Source of the DNA: Trypethelium eluteriae
Taxonomy: Eukaryota
Assembly: GCA_051942245.1 (NCBI GenBank)
Contig: JAVECL010000147.1
Location: 1-43,576, forward strand
DNA length: 43,576 nucleotides
Direction: 5' to 3'
Below are positions 23,259-36,064 of this stretch, piece after piece. The translations under genes and the position numbers were made by a program. The notes below the pieces were generated by a model that saw only the letters and a list, made by a program, of their open reading frames with translations, had not been told where the DNA came from and ran no database searches. Every line of letters starts with the position of its first letter. The first letter of the stretch is position 1.

Positions 23259-26200
23259 GGGTGATGTCCGACGGCAATCTGTGTATGTAGCGAACCTCCA
23301 TAGACATGGTCAAGGGTGTTGGCCGTCTATACCGTGATGAGGGGCCCCATTTGTGACTCAATTATTCCTGTTGATCCACCTTCTCTTGGCAGTGTCGAGC
23401 TTCATGATGCGTCGACCACCCAGACATCGCCATTGAAGCGGTATTACGCAGTACAATATACGTCCATTTCGGGAATCTTTGTTTGTAGCATTCTGGGTTC
23501 AGGAGGAGTTGCGTGATAGTTGAAGGGGCGGCCCCGATGATTCCAATTAACGAAAAGCAAGTGGAGCAGAGCATTCGACTAACCTGTAGGAACGTAAGTG
23601 TGATTACATCTCGTCTAACACTCGTTTTTCGAGTTTGAGGGTCCGAAGCTGTACGATTGAGACTATGAGGTACTTACCGTTGTGGATGAGAATGGAACTG
23701 TGAAGTGTATTGTACCCCGGAAGGTAGGTCTGCAGGATGCCATATACACTAGTGCGAATGTGGTAAGGTAACAGCTATCCGAGCTCCACTCTAGCTCGTA
23801 AGAGAGCGACTTCAACACTTACCTCTACGTGTTCGTCTTTCGCATTTGAGAGTCTCCCGGGATGACTGTACCTCTGACCATGGGACCTGCTTACAACCAT
23901 GGCAAGAGGAAAGAAGGATGACGAGCTGGAGCATCCTTTAATCGTTGCCGCCTGCCACAGCATCCACTTCGGCAGTTGTGGGATGGAATGTTTGTCGTGT
24001 CACAGTGGAGCGTACTAACTCTCACGATACGAAAAACGGCATAACATAGGTTCCGTTGGTGTTGCTGCAGCTTTTGATCTATTGTAGCGCAGCGCGTTTT
24101 ATCCGTTACACAACCCGGATTCAGGGGGAAAGGCTGCTCGCAGATCATAACGACGTCTATCTAAGTGCACAGGTACGCACATAAGTTACTTCACGTAGCT
24201 TACAGCTAGCGTGCGCAAATAGGTGCTCGAGCTCATGTGCCTGCTCTGATGACTCCAATCAAGGTCAGCACTATGGGAAGTATGTGCCGCCTCGAACAGC
24301 TTCTCCCGGCACGTCGTGATCTACTGCCTTTCAGTACTTGCACGCTGATATGGTTACCCGAACTGCCATCTTGCCATTGCCTGGGCTATACGACATTGAG
24401 ACGGCTCGCCCCTCGTTTGGTATTTCTTTTTCAGCCTACTTCTAAACTTGGCCGTTGCTGGATGGGCTTTGTGGCAACAGATGTGGTCAGCTGCTGCGCG
24501 GCATAGCTGTACCTTCAGGTGCACAATGATATCCTGGAATATATCGCGCTAGATGCTTAGCCCAGGCCAAGACCCTCGCTAAGGTAGGACTACTCGACTG
24601 CGTGGGCATAAGTTCAAGCATCTTACTTTCAATGCGTCTCCTAGAAGGACTGTTCTTCTCTGGTGCTACTCGCGTAGGGCAAGACGGGTATCAAGAAACT
24701 CACTTTCATCAAAGCTGCGACAGGCTCACATGTTGAGATTGGGAATGGCCTCCAGTCCTGTGTGTCTCCCATTCCTTGCTCGAAGCCTGAAGCTCTGTCA
24801 TGTCTCAACGAATTATCCAAAGGCAGACACAAGGTCGGGATCTGCTCACTTCGAATGTCACGCAATTTTTTAGTTGACAATCCGGGTTTCGACAACCTAG
24901 CACGAAGCGACGCAGACATCCTCTAATGTATCGCCTCTTGCTTAGCTAATCTACATGAAGATCTAATCTTTGATTACCAGTTAGTCGAGCTTTCCGGCAT
25001 TGTTGAGTTGCACTCCATCAACGACTATGATCGGGTCAATGCTGCAAAATCTGGGAGTGTTCAGGCACTTGTTGGGGAGGACAAGATGGAAAAGTGCACA
25101 CCTGTCACATCGAAATGGGCTCTGGAAGGTGCTGACACAGCTGAGAAGAGGGAGATGGAATTGATGGAGAACTAGACCTACGGGAGGAAAGATGTTCAAG
25201 CCGGAGCGAGCTTAGTGGGACTAGAAGATATAAGCGAGTCAGCACTTGACGATTGGGTCAATCTCGGGTGTGAGCATATTCGCATCTGAATTAACGCAAG
25301 GGCATGTATGTGATTGAGGGTTGAGCGTTACAAGAAACAGCGGCTGGGTGCGACCTCCATGGAGAGCTTGCGAAAGCATGCGAATGTCAGCAAGCCGAGC
25401 CAACCACCATGCCAAATGAACACAATCGTGGATTCGCGCTCAAGAACGCAGAAACTGCGGCGCAAATGAGAGTGCTATCTGGAAAAAGACAGAGGGAAAG
25501 CTAGAGGGGATGAATAATGATCTTAAGCCGCTACAAACACCAGAGACCCCGCGCAGAAACGCATAGACGAACGAGATTCCATAGCTGCTGCGCCCACGAT
25601 CTCCCTCAACCTTTCTGGTTCAAGTCCGAAAAGTGACGCCGGAGGCAAAGGAGGGCGTTTTATTGGTTCCGGAGATTTGCGGCGATGGGTGGAGCAATCA
25701 CGATAATCGTCCTGACACATGGAGCAATGGCACCGGTAGTTCTAAGCCTTGTCACCATGGTGGAGACGATTTGTTAAGACCAGAACAATCGCCAGGTAGC
25801 CGAAAAGCTAGAGCGAGAGCAGATCAGAAGGCAAAGACCAGATTAGATTGAATAGAAGTTTGCTCGTGACCAATATCTTTACTAGGATGTGTTGATCTGC
25901 GGCACCTCATAATATGAACATGTCCATTCACCCTCCATGTCCATCTTTTCCTCCGTGCATGCAAGACATCCCCATCGCACTTGCCCGAGTCTTCGAACTT
26001 GAGGGGAAGTCTACCAATTCGTTCGATCTTGCACCCATTGAATCGCTCGGACTTGAAGGGTATCAACGGGTTACGCTTCTCCAAGACTTATCCTGTGACT
26101 TGGTTAGCGTTCAGTAAATATTTCCTTAGCCTGGCGAGCGAGATACGGCTCTCATTCTCTTTCACTTACACAAGAGTAGCCTGTGAGCTTAATGATCTAT

Positions 26201-26428
26201 GATCGCGGATACAGTCTTTAGCACGGGCTATATCTAGTTTTCCTGACTTCAAAGGAGCTCGTGGACCTCTGAGGTTCTCACGCAAACTCGGTCATTCGAA
26301 GAATGGACGCAGGCGGTCAGCAGTAGCTGACAACAAGCATATAATGGCTAGCCTTGCGGCCACAATATTGTTACTTATCTGACATGCCTGCACGATGTAG
26401 CGTGCGGGCAAGTCCTCTCTTCCGAGGA

Positions 26429-28278
26429 TCAAACTGTTTCGTTCTTCTCAGTCGTCTCCCCGGTTGACTTAGCACCAGCAACCGAGCTTCGTCTCCTTTC
26501 CTGTGCGATTGACTGTGCGCGTGCTGTTTCATCATATTGGATGAGTAGCTCACCATGCTTTCCATACCGTTTCGGCTTCGTATTAGCAACGCGGACAACG
26601 TCGAAAGCACCTCTCAAGCCGTGCACATCCTGAAATATCTCATCCATCTCCTCAAGCGAACGGTACGCTGTTTCAGGATAGAAGAAGTAGACACAAGGGA
26701 ACATGAAAGCGTTAATTACAGCAAAAATGATATAAGTTTGGTATCCAATATTGGCGAACGCGGGCGGGGTGACCATGACAACCATACTGTTCCGAAAGTT
26801 AGTAGAAGTGACTATAGTGGGGGTTTTGGGTCAGGTGGATTGCTCACAAGTTGAAAATCCAATTTGCGGTAGTAGAGATTGCGTTTGCAGGCGCACGTAT
26901 GTCCAGTGGCGTGATCTCAGCAGGATACAACCAGGTCATCCCTAGCCACCCAACGGCAAAGAACGAATTGAAGACGAATAAGAACACCGCAGCTGCAATG
27001 CCTTCTCCTGTAGTAGGATTTTTCGGTGACGTCGTTCCAGCGAGGACGGCCATCGACATTGCCTGACCAGCAGCTCCAAACAACATGAGGTTTCTACGGC
27101 CAAATCGTTCAATGGTGAAGATAGCAACCCAAGAAGCGATGAAATATTCCGTCCCATTCAAAGCTGCAAGTAAGCGACTGAGGAAACCAGAAAGGCCGAT
27201 GTTGTTTTGGAAGATTGTTGCGGCGTAGTAGGTAATTATGTTGATGCCTGAGATCTAAGGTTCCTTAGCAATGATATCGAATGCGCATCAAGAACTCAAC
27301 AAACCTGCTGGAACATCTGATTCACGTAACCCAATATGGTGCGATGAAGGTTGCGATTGTTATTTGTTTTGAAGCAGTCCCCAAAGGAGCCTCGCGCCAT
27401 CTCGAAAACGGTGTCTTTCATCTCTTTATACTGATTTTGGATCGTCGGATCATCTTCAGGTAGATCGGATAGGGCGCAGAGTACCTCAATGGCCTTATCA
27501 TCTCGGCCCTTCAGCACCAACCACCGCGGCGATTCTGGTAGGCCAGGGATCAAAGCGAGGATGAATAATGCTAATATGATCTGAAATGCAATAGGAAAAC
27601 GCCAGGAGATCGTCGAGGGCTCTGTGAAAGACATTCCAAGATCGATCCAATAAGATAACATTACTCCGAAAACGATCAAAGATCCTTCTATCATGACCAT
27701 CTGACCGCGGCGGTGAGATTTGGAAGTCTCTGATTGCCAGGTTGGGACGGTGGAGGTATTCATGCCATTGCCGAAACCCGTGATTAGTCTTGCTGGAATG
27801 AGTTGACCAAGGCTGTAGGATGAGCATTGAATGATTGCGCCAACGACCATGATGGAGGAGCCCAGAAATATTGTACGCTTCCGACCTAGAAGATTCCCTA
27901 CCCAGATGGTTGCTACCGCGCCAAAGAAGCAGCCCAGGGTATAACCACCAACAGTAATGCCTGGACGGGGTTCAGTTGAGATCCAATCTTGTCGTCCTCA
28001 CTAAGCCGAATGAATCTCTTACCTTGTAAATTTGATGCATGGCTGGCGGAGCTCCCTGGAGGGGGGTTCACACTATCAATCTGCGGGAAATATTTAAGAA
28101 ATGATTGTAAAGTGAGCAATCCTCCCATAACACCTTTGGTTTTCTCAGCGAGAGCAATTGGATGGCCGGGGACACAGGGCTTACCTTGATCATATCCGAA
28201 AAGCGCAAAATCGGTACCGGCAATCACTGCAATTGCGATATTGAGCCTTGTGCCCGTAAGGCCATAGAACTTCTTCAT
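26429..28278 (-). CDS. Sugar porter family MFS transporter (STL1-like glycerol/sugar:H+ symporter)
   Basis: ALFGYDQGVMGGLL, ITGFGNGMNTSTVPTWQSE, WRFPIAFQ, PESPRWL, QQISGINIITYYA, IERFGRRNL, WLYPAEITPL and YFFYPETAYRSLEEMD. Confidence 0.93.
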
Positions 28279-28461
28279 GATGAATTAGATAGAGATACTG
28301 GCCTACATTCTTCAAGCCACCCGAAGCATGAAGGGCCAAAATATATAACAGCGAGAGAAGAAACTGCAGATAGACTTTACGTCATGAAATCCGTGCTTCG
28401 ACCATTCCACCATCTTGCTAGCGTTCCATCGGAACGGCAAGTTCCCAGCTTCGTCCAGTTT

Positions 28462-28479
28462 GCGGGGCATCGCGCGGGG
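28462..28479. promoter_or_regulatory. Paired SYGGRG (CreA/Cre1-like) boxes upstream of the sugar transporter
   Basis: GCGGGG at 28462-28467 and 28474-28479, ~190 bp upstream of the ATG. The motif is short and function is inferred. Confidence 0.35.
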
Positions 28480-29174
28480 AAAAACGAAACGTTCGGGCCG
28501 AAGAGCTGGTCGATTTCATTGACTTTTCTGCCAGAGAATGACGTTGAATACAACTGGACAGCCCGGTCATGATGGTGCTCACAGGACTTGTGGTGTTACA
28601 TTCGAGAAAATATTTACAATCCAGACCCCGAGAGCTCGGGATGAGGTTCAAGGGAAGGACGCATGAGATTGATCTCCGACGGGAGTGAACGCTAGATTGC
28701 AGATCGCGGCCGGATTGACCATCTGGGCAATCCGTATCGCCTTGGCACTTGGGTTGTCGCGTGGATGGGGTGAAAGTCGAGCAGACGGCACCGACGGCGT
28801 CAATTGGTTGTGGGGAGGAAGTCCACAGTGAAGTAGGGCTGCAGGCGGCTATTTCTGCGGCGGTACTACTCTAAGAGTGCTTTGGGCCTTCGTTACGTCA
28901 TCTTTGTACAAGAAAGCATAAAAAACTCACAAGTTCGCTTATTTCTTATGTGCATTCTCCAGAACGCCAACCCAGTTCACAAAATTTCAGTATGACCTGC
29001 CTGCAAGCAGGCGCTTAGATCAGACTCCACAACCTACCTATGCGAGTTGTCTGTACTGAGCTTCGTCCTCCTTGACCCTCAATACTCTACTCTAAAAACG
29101 ACTGAGGTACGATAGTCTGATGATTCACTGATGTACCCTCTAATCGATGCATACACATTGTCGTTTGTACGGGT

Positions 29175-29866
29175 CTATGATTGGTCTCTCTTGTACACTG
29201 CTTCTATCCACTTGTGATCAAGATGTCTTTCTGCCAGGAATGGTGTCGCATCAGCTCCTTCTTCAGTCTCGGAAAGCGTGAATCCGTTTCCCAGATATGC
29301 GAAAGGTTTATCGAACTGGTACCGAATTTCAAAGTCCTCCCATCGAGGACTCTTAATTGCTGCCGCATAATGGAGGCCACTTCCACTCCATAAAGCATTG
29401 ATTCTTCCGGTTTCACTGCTCTTAACCAGCTGCGAGAATTGTCAACCCATTTCGTTCGCTCCAACCATTTCTGAATGTGTACGTTCAGTGCAACTGTCGC
29501 GTCGCCGCGAGGCGTTAACGACACTATATGGTCGTGCTGCATTTTTCGAATAGCCTGAAAAATGTAATCACCCACTCGAATTAGAGGGCCCATGATTGAC
29601 CCATTGTGGCAAGGAAATGCTGGACCCATGAATGTGAACCAAATTGGCATATTCGGGGCTGCAAGACCGAAATAAGCCTCAGGCACGTCTTTCCACTGGT
29701 CTCTCAAATCCACTCAGTCTATCCCTACGACAGGGAAGGGAGGCCGAAAACTAGTGTCAAAGCCAGTCGCACATACCACCGTGTCCGCTTGTCGCTCAAC
29801 TCCATTCTCACCTATCACCCCACTTTCTGTCAGCTTTGCAGCTCCAGTGAAGTTCACCCGTATTTC
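29175..29866 (-). pseudogene. C-terminal fragment of a Baeyer-Villiger/flavin-binding monooxygenase
   Basis: Frames read ...ENGVERQADTVVCATGFDTSFRPPFPVVG* / DLRDQWKDVPEAYFGLAAPNMP...GP...NGS...WVDNSRSW / ETGRINALWSGSGLHY...PRWEDFEIRY...FAYLGNG. At least three frame breaks; the N-terminal FAD-binding half is absent. Confidence 0.85.
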
Positions 29867-30993
29867 GGAGAGCCAGAGATCGATTCATTCAAACGATTGC
29901 TATTTTCAGCAGCTGAGCGACCACTTGTGGATGCGCTACTGAAAATATGTCTCATCGACGTCCTCAGCTCAGACCCCATTAAAGCCTCACATACAGGTGG
30001 TAGACTAGGGAAACACACGCAAATGATACCAATCATTGGCTCGGTCGTCTGGAATGTTAATACTTCATAGGCAGACGTGTTATCACTCACTGGAGCGTTG
30101 CCAAGGCTGATGAGACACTCCAACCGAAGGATTCCACAGATACTGGCACTAGGAAGCAGTATGGTTAGCAAAAAGCTCCCGTTTAGATGACTGACTGGCG
30201 CGAACTTACAATAGCCCGCATAGGATCAAGATGCCGAGCACAGCGCGAGTTCTCCAATCCATCTGAAGCCGCCAGATGAGGGGCAATGAAGCATCAAGAT
30301 CGCGAAGTCGAAGATGACGTGCAGAATGCCATTGGCGCTACATTCAGCCTTCGTATTCATACATCTTCCCTTTTCAGTTGGCGTCCAGGCCTTCATGATA
30401 GGAATACAACCCAATATCTCGCTCAAGAAAGCCCCCAACCGCCAGCTACATACGAGGCCCATGGTAACGTAACATATGTAACGAAATGAGGTTTGCACGC
30501 CAAACAAGCGCACACAAAATGCAAGTATAGAAACTTGAGCAAATGTCGCTGCAGAGATCCGGAGTATATAATCTGAGAGCAGTGTCTTATACACCAGTTT
30601 GTTAGCAGGTTGGTTAGCGATTGAGTTGATTCTTCGTGTCTTTATTCATACCTTGAATCATTTGACCAGCGTGGCCTGATTGTGTCTTGTGATGGTTCTA
30701 CTCTCTCTCCACGATTACTCACCATGACTAGCGCCGATGCGCATAAGCCATATGGAAGAAGCTGTTGAATGAATAGGCGTCAGTAACCAGCTGGGCACGG
30801 TAGCCAAGCGCTTACCAAAGCAAAGAGGGTCAGATAGTCATCTGCTAGTAGACGGGTCTTTCGGATCCGGCTGGCATGGAGCCTGAGAGCGACCACGCAA
30901 GTTGCGATAAAAAGAATGATGGTGGGGACGACGACCAAAGTCACCGGCCCTGCGCCAGCCACTGGAAACGCTTGTTCGATGAGGATACTTCAT
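29854..30993 (-). pseudogene. Degenerate PTH11-like membrane protein gene
   Basis: VVALRLHASRIRKTRLLADDYLTLFAL, SILAFCVRLFGV, GCIPIMKAWTPTEKGRC, HVIFDFAILML, then a frameshift to LIWRLQM; later EPMIGIICVCFP. The ATG at 30993 is out of frame with the first TM segment. Confidence 0.8.
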
Positions 30994-32385
30994 TATGAAG
31001 AAAGCGATAATGATGATATAGACTGTGGAGGAAAGTAAAATTTACCATTCGCTTTCCTAGCATACCTTGTAGACTTCTACCGATGGTAGCGAATGAAACA
31101 CGGCAATAACTGCTCCTGATCCTCTTCTTTCGATCATCTGCGTGTTACCATTTCATTTCATTCATGATAATCACTTTCTCAACGAGCATCGATCGCTGTT
31201 TTCATGCCAGTGTCATGCAGAATACAGACTGGTCCGAATGGACCTGGAGTATCGCTCTTTATGGGATTGCACCATTATTGGCACGGAGCCTCCGCGATGA
31301 GACGGCCCATTATGCAGCTCACCTTCACAATTCGATGACATGCGCGGCGTAGGGACGTGGACCGGCTCGTTATGTCCGCGATGGAGTAAAGGAGTAGTTG
31401 GTGGCTTTGAAGCCCAGATTGGAGTGAGACAAGGCAATTGTAATGGCATGCTGACCCGATGGACGGCTTAGAGTTATTTACCAGACGTCATCCGGAGCGT
31501 AGAATTCTTGATCGGGGTAGAGAACCAAAGGGAAAGATGGCTCCCCGCTCTATATACTATGTCAGTAACCTAGTAAGAAGAATTGGTGAGTGATCCCAGT
31601 GTTCCATGGCCCGGACGTATTGCCCTTCTCCATTCTGTAGATCGGCCCCACACACACCGACAGGAGAAAAGAAAATATCGTAAGCGTGACTCCCCATACA
31701 GCAGGTCGATAGGCAGGTGGCTGATGAAAAAAGTAGTTTGCTCATATACTACTCTACTTAGGTAAGCTGAGAGGCCCCGCCCAGTGGATACATCGTTCGT
31801 TGTCTGATAGGCTCTTTAACGATAAGGCACCTACCTACCTAGTTAGGTAGGAATGTCTTCTTCAGCCCCGCAGGGATGCACGCAGTCGCAACACGGCACT
31901 GCGCAGCACGACACGGCATGACGATGACCCGCATCTCTCGAATTCGCCTAAAAGGTAGTCAGTCGGTAACATCAAAGTTTCGTGCATCTTCTACGCTACG
32001 TTAGCTCCCATCTGAGCGAGAATCCAAATCATTCAGTAGCAGACCATAGACACTGGATTTTGCTGACAAGGAAGGCCAGTATACCGTCTTGCATGCACCG
32101 ATCTTCCATAACGTCTTTTTCTCGAAGCAGTGCTTACCATACTTTCACCGGCCATCATACTGTGGCTTCGGGAAAAGTTGCTAATTTCTCACGAGAGTAC
32201 TTGGATTATACAGCAGGTCTAAATCATTCCTTTAGTTGCTGTGAATGAAAAGGTTACCTTTCAGTGCTACTTAGTCTGTTACTCTCAGATATTCGCGCCT
32301 GTTTGTGCAGTTCTCCCCACTTTCCATCCCTTCAAGCTCTATTCAGCACAAGGCACCAGTACTACTCACAACCTATCAGTCAACT

Positions 32386-35178
32386 ATGCAGCTGAAGAAC
32401 CTAACCCAGGTGCTGCAATGGACAGCGAAAGCATTCCCTAGAAATGGTATTATTTTCTACCCGGAAGGAGATATCAATGGAGAAGGGAAAACTTTTACTC
32501 ATCTTGCTTTTCTCAAACGCGTGGAAGGAAATGCTCGTCGAATCCATGCTCTTAGTCTCAAGTCGGATACCATCATATTACTTCATTTTGATGACATATT
32601 GGACAATTTTGACTGGTTTTGGGCCGTCACCTATGCCGGTCATATTCCCGCGCTTTCTACCCCCATAAGTCATAATCCGGGGCAAAAAAAAAAGCATCTT
32701 CTTCATCTTCACTCATTGCTGGACAATCCAGTGTGCTTGGTGAGGACTGCGCAGCGTGACGACTTCTCCGGACAGGATAAGCTACGACTACAGACCATTG
32801 AAGATCTCCCATATCTTACCCCCACAATTGGTGATTTTTTCCAGCATTACGGTCCTAATGCTCCCATTGATCAAGGAAAAGTCAAGCAAAGTGACGATAT
32901 TGCTGTCTTGATGCTCACATCTGGAAGTACTGGACTGGCCAAGGCAGTCTGCTTAACACATGGCAATGTACTTGCAGCAGTTGCTGGCAAGTCGTCAAAA
33001 ACCGACACAAATGCATACACCCCGTTCTTCAATTGGATCGGCGCTGATCACGTTGCAAACCTTGTGGAAATCCATATCCAAGCCATGTGGTTGGGAGCTA
33101 CTCAGGTCCACGCTCAAACAAAGGATATTGTGCAAGACCCACTCCACTTTCTTCGCTTGATACACAAGCACCGTATAAGCTATACTTTCGCTCCTAACTT
33201 TTTCATAGCGAGTCTTCGGAGAGCTCTTGAAGTTCCGAGTACAGCAGCTGCCACCAATTTTGATCTATCCTCACTTCGCACCATCATCAGTGGAGGTGAG
33301 GCAAACGTCATTGAAACAGGCATATCCGTCTCGAAATTACTTCAAGAGAAAGGTGCTTGGCCTGAAGTTATCAAACCAGCTTTTGGGATGACGGAAACTT
33401 GTGCTGGCTCAATCTACAATACAAACTTTCCACAATACGACATGCAATACCAGTCCGAGTTTGCTTCAGTCGGAGACTGCAATCCGGGAATGGAAATGCG
33501 AATTGTTGATGAACACAGTAACCCAGTTGATGTTGATATCTGTGGTAGTCTTGAAGTTAAAGGGCCTATGGTGTTTCGTCGGTATTATAATGACCCCAAG
33601 ACTACTGTGCAATCATTCCATGACGACTGGTTTATTACTGGAGATCAAGGCAGGATTGATGCTGCAGGACAGCTTCATCTTATTGGTCGGGCGAAGGAAA
33701 CCCTCATTATAAATGGCGTCAGCTTCTTCCCACAGGAGGTTGAAACTGCTCTGGACCATGTTCAAGGAGTCAAGCCTAACTATGTTATCGCCTTTCCATA
33801 CCGCGCCAAAGCATCAGACACTGAGGGACTGGCTATTGCTTATTGTCCTACATATGAAGCCATAGATACCGAGAAGCGAGTAGAGACGAATGATGCACTC
33901 AGCAAGGCGACTATGCTACACACTGGAGCAAAGCCGTTGCTCATACCGTTGAACGAAAGTTTGCTTCAAAAAACAACATTAGGCAAGACTTCTCGATCGC
34001 AGGTTCGAAAATATTACGAGAAGGGAGACTTTCAGTCATACTTAGACTTGAATGACAAGGAAATGGTAGCGTACAGAATCGCACACTTCGAAGAGCCCGA
34101 GGGTCGGATGGAGAGAATGATCTTCGAGGCTTTCAAGGACAATTTTGACCTTCCAGAGTATAGCCTTGGCTCCAATACCAACCTCTTCGAGATCGGCGTG
34201 AATTCAATCGAACTCATCAAGCTGAAACAGAAGCTTGAAAAACAAGTGGATACAGAGATTCCAGTGGTCACAATAATGACGAATCCGACGATAAGAACAC
34301 TTGCCACAGCGCTTGAGCGACTGCAAAAGCCACAAGAGTATGATCCCATGATCATACTGCAACCTCGAGGGGAGAAAACACCGCTCTGGTTGATACACCC
34401 AGGAGTTGGCGAAGTTCTCGTATTCCTCGGACTTACAGCTCATCTCACAGACCGGCCGGTCTATGCTATGCGTGCTCGTGGATTCGAAAAGGGAGAGACC
34501 TTCTTTACCAATGTGGAGGAAATGGTTACTACCTATGTGCAGAAGGTCGAGACCATTCAACCCAAAGGACCCTACGCTATTGCCGGCTACTCATATGGTT
34601 CAATGGTGGCTTTGGAAATGGCGAAACGCCTCAAGGCTCACGATGATGCAAATGAGATCAAGTTTCTCGGTATCTTCAATCTTCCTCCACACATCAAGAT
34701 ACGCATGCGCCAACTTGACTGGACTAGCTGCATCTTGAATCTCGCATATTTCTTGGACTTCTTCAGCGAAGATGACGCAAATGCTATGCTACCAGCCCTC
34801 CAGGAGAAAAGTCATCAGGACGTTCTGGATCATATCATGCGACTCTCGCCGAAGAATCGCCTTCATGAGCTAGGACTTGATCGCCCAAAGCTTATCAATT
34901 GGGCTAACCTTGCGCATTCGCTACAAAGCGCAGCGGTTGACTATGAACCTACAGGAGTAGTTGACTGTCTGGATGTGTTCTATGCTATACCATTGGCATC
35001 AGTAGCCAGAGATGTAGACGACTGGAGGGAAAACTATCTTAGCCAATGGCAGAGCTACTGCAAAACAGCACCTAGATATCACAGAGTTGATGGGGCCCAC
35101 TACACAATGCTCAGTCCACAACATGTTCTGTCGTTTCAGAGAACTCTGAGAGCTGCCATGCAAGCCCGAGGAATCTAG
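32386..35178 (+). CDS. NRPS-like A-T-TE enzyme, aromatic alpha-keto-acid-dimerising class (AtrA/TdiA/ApvA/MelA-like), 930 aa, intronless
   Basis: A domain: LMLTSGSTGLAKAV, NWIGADHVANLVEIH, SGGEAN, AFGMTETCAG, FITGDQG, GRAKE, KTTLGK. T domain: FEIGVNSIEL (Ser 34204). TE domain: LWLIHPGVGEVLVF, AGYSYG, GAHYTML. No C domain. First ATG at 32386 within the listed ORF 32305-35178. Confidence 0.95.
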   Translation: MQLKNLTQVLQWTAKAFPRNGIIFYPEGDINGEGKTFTHLAFLKRVEGNARRIHALSLKSDTIILLHFDDILDNFDWFWAVTYAGHIPALSTPISHNPGQKKKHLLHLHSLLDNPVCLVRTAQRDDFSGQDKLRLQTIEDLPYLTPTIGDFFQHYGPNAPIDQGKVKQSDDIAVLMLTSGSTGLAKAVCLTHGNVLAAVAGKSSKTDTNAYTPFFNWIGADHVANLVEIHIQAMWLGATQVHAQTKDIVQDPLHFLRLIHKHRISYTFAPNFFIASLRRALEVPSTAAATNFDLSSLRTIISGGEANVIETGISVSKLLQEKGAWPEVIKPAFGMTETCAGSIYNTNFPQYDMQYQSEFASVGDCNPGMEMRIVDEHSNPVDVDICGSLEVKGPMVFRRYYNDPKTTVQSFHDDWFITGDQGRIDAAGQLHLIGRAKETLIINGVSFFPQEVETALDHVQGVKPNYVIAFPYRAKASDTEGLAIAYCPTYEAIDTEKRVETNDALSKATMLHTGAKPLLIPLNESLLQKTTLGKTSRSQVRKYYEKGDFQSYLDLNDKEMVAYRIAHFEEPEGRMERMIFEAFKDNFDLPEYSLGSNTNLFEIGVNSIELIKLKQKLEKQVDTEIPVVTIMTNPTIRTLATALERLQKPQEYDPMIILQPRGEKTPLWLIHPGVGEVLVFLGLTAHLTDRPVYAMRARGFEKGETFFTNVEEMVTTYVQKVETIQPKGPYAIAGYSYGSMVALEMAKRLKAHDDANEIKFLGIFNLPPHIKIRMRQLDWTSCILNLAYFLDFFSEDDANAMLPALQEKSHQDVLDHIMRLSPKNRLHELGLDRPKLINWANLAHSLQSAAVDYEPTGVVDCLDVFYAIPLASVARDVDDWRENYLSQWQSYCKTAPRYHRVDGAHYTMLSPQHVLSFQRTLRAAMQARGI

Positions 35179-36064
35179 CAACCAAGCTTATCCGGAGGCA
35201 GCTCGCAACACGGATTTTATATTATATGAAGAGCCCTTTATACGAGACCGATTGTATCGACGTGTGATTTCTGTCGTAAATGGAGGTTCTGAGTTTATGA
35301 GCCATGATAATACTGTCAATTTATTGATCCTCGTGTCTTATGCTGATTCAATGACTAATGAATGAGACATTTGCTCCTCTCAGAAGATAACGCGATATGG
35401 CTTCACAGCCAGGAAAATTCGTGTGGCTCCAACCTTAGTGATTGGCGATCAGCTCTTTGGCCACGATTGTGTTATTCTTTCCGTCTGCCTGCATACTACA
35501 CTACAAGGCTCCGCATACGTAAGTTCGTTAAAACTCGGGAGTGATTCAAGACTTTTCTTGCAATGGGAAAGACACCGGTTGAACTTGTCTTGCCGTGCTT
35601 TCATCATGATGTCAACCGTAAGAAGCACTTCTGCAGTAGTACAACGCCGCCAACATCAAACTATTGGACGCCCTGTGGGTCCTGTGGATAAGTCCCTGTT
35701 GAGCATATAGGCTGCAGTGCGTTTGATGACTGCATCATAGATACTGCATGCAGACTGCAAGTAAGCGATTCCTAGTCCGACGCGCATGAAAGTAACGTGG
35801 GGTGTAGAGAAACACTGGACCAGCTTTTTACAGCGTTCAAATTAGATATTCGTTTAATTGCTTTATACCATGGCTCGTATTCGCAGGCTCGGCAGAAATG
35901 GCCATCATCCTTTTTTTCTCCTCTCCTGGTGACAGTTCTTATGAGTTCCCCATTGACTTGTATTTGTGGGCACCTACTTTTCATCAAGTCCAAGAGTAGT
36001 GTCAGTTTTGACAAATCGAGCTGCTGGAAATAGAGTCAAAATTTGTGGCGTTACTAGTGACACG

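Noticed and set aside
32305..32385. GTG-initiated N-terminal extension of the NRPS-like ORF
   Set aside because: Artefact of alternative start codons in the ORF track; the first ATG at 32386 gives a length typical of the family.
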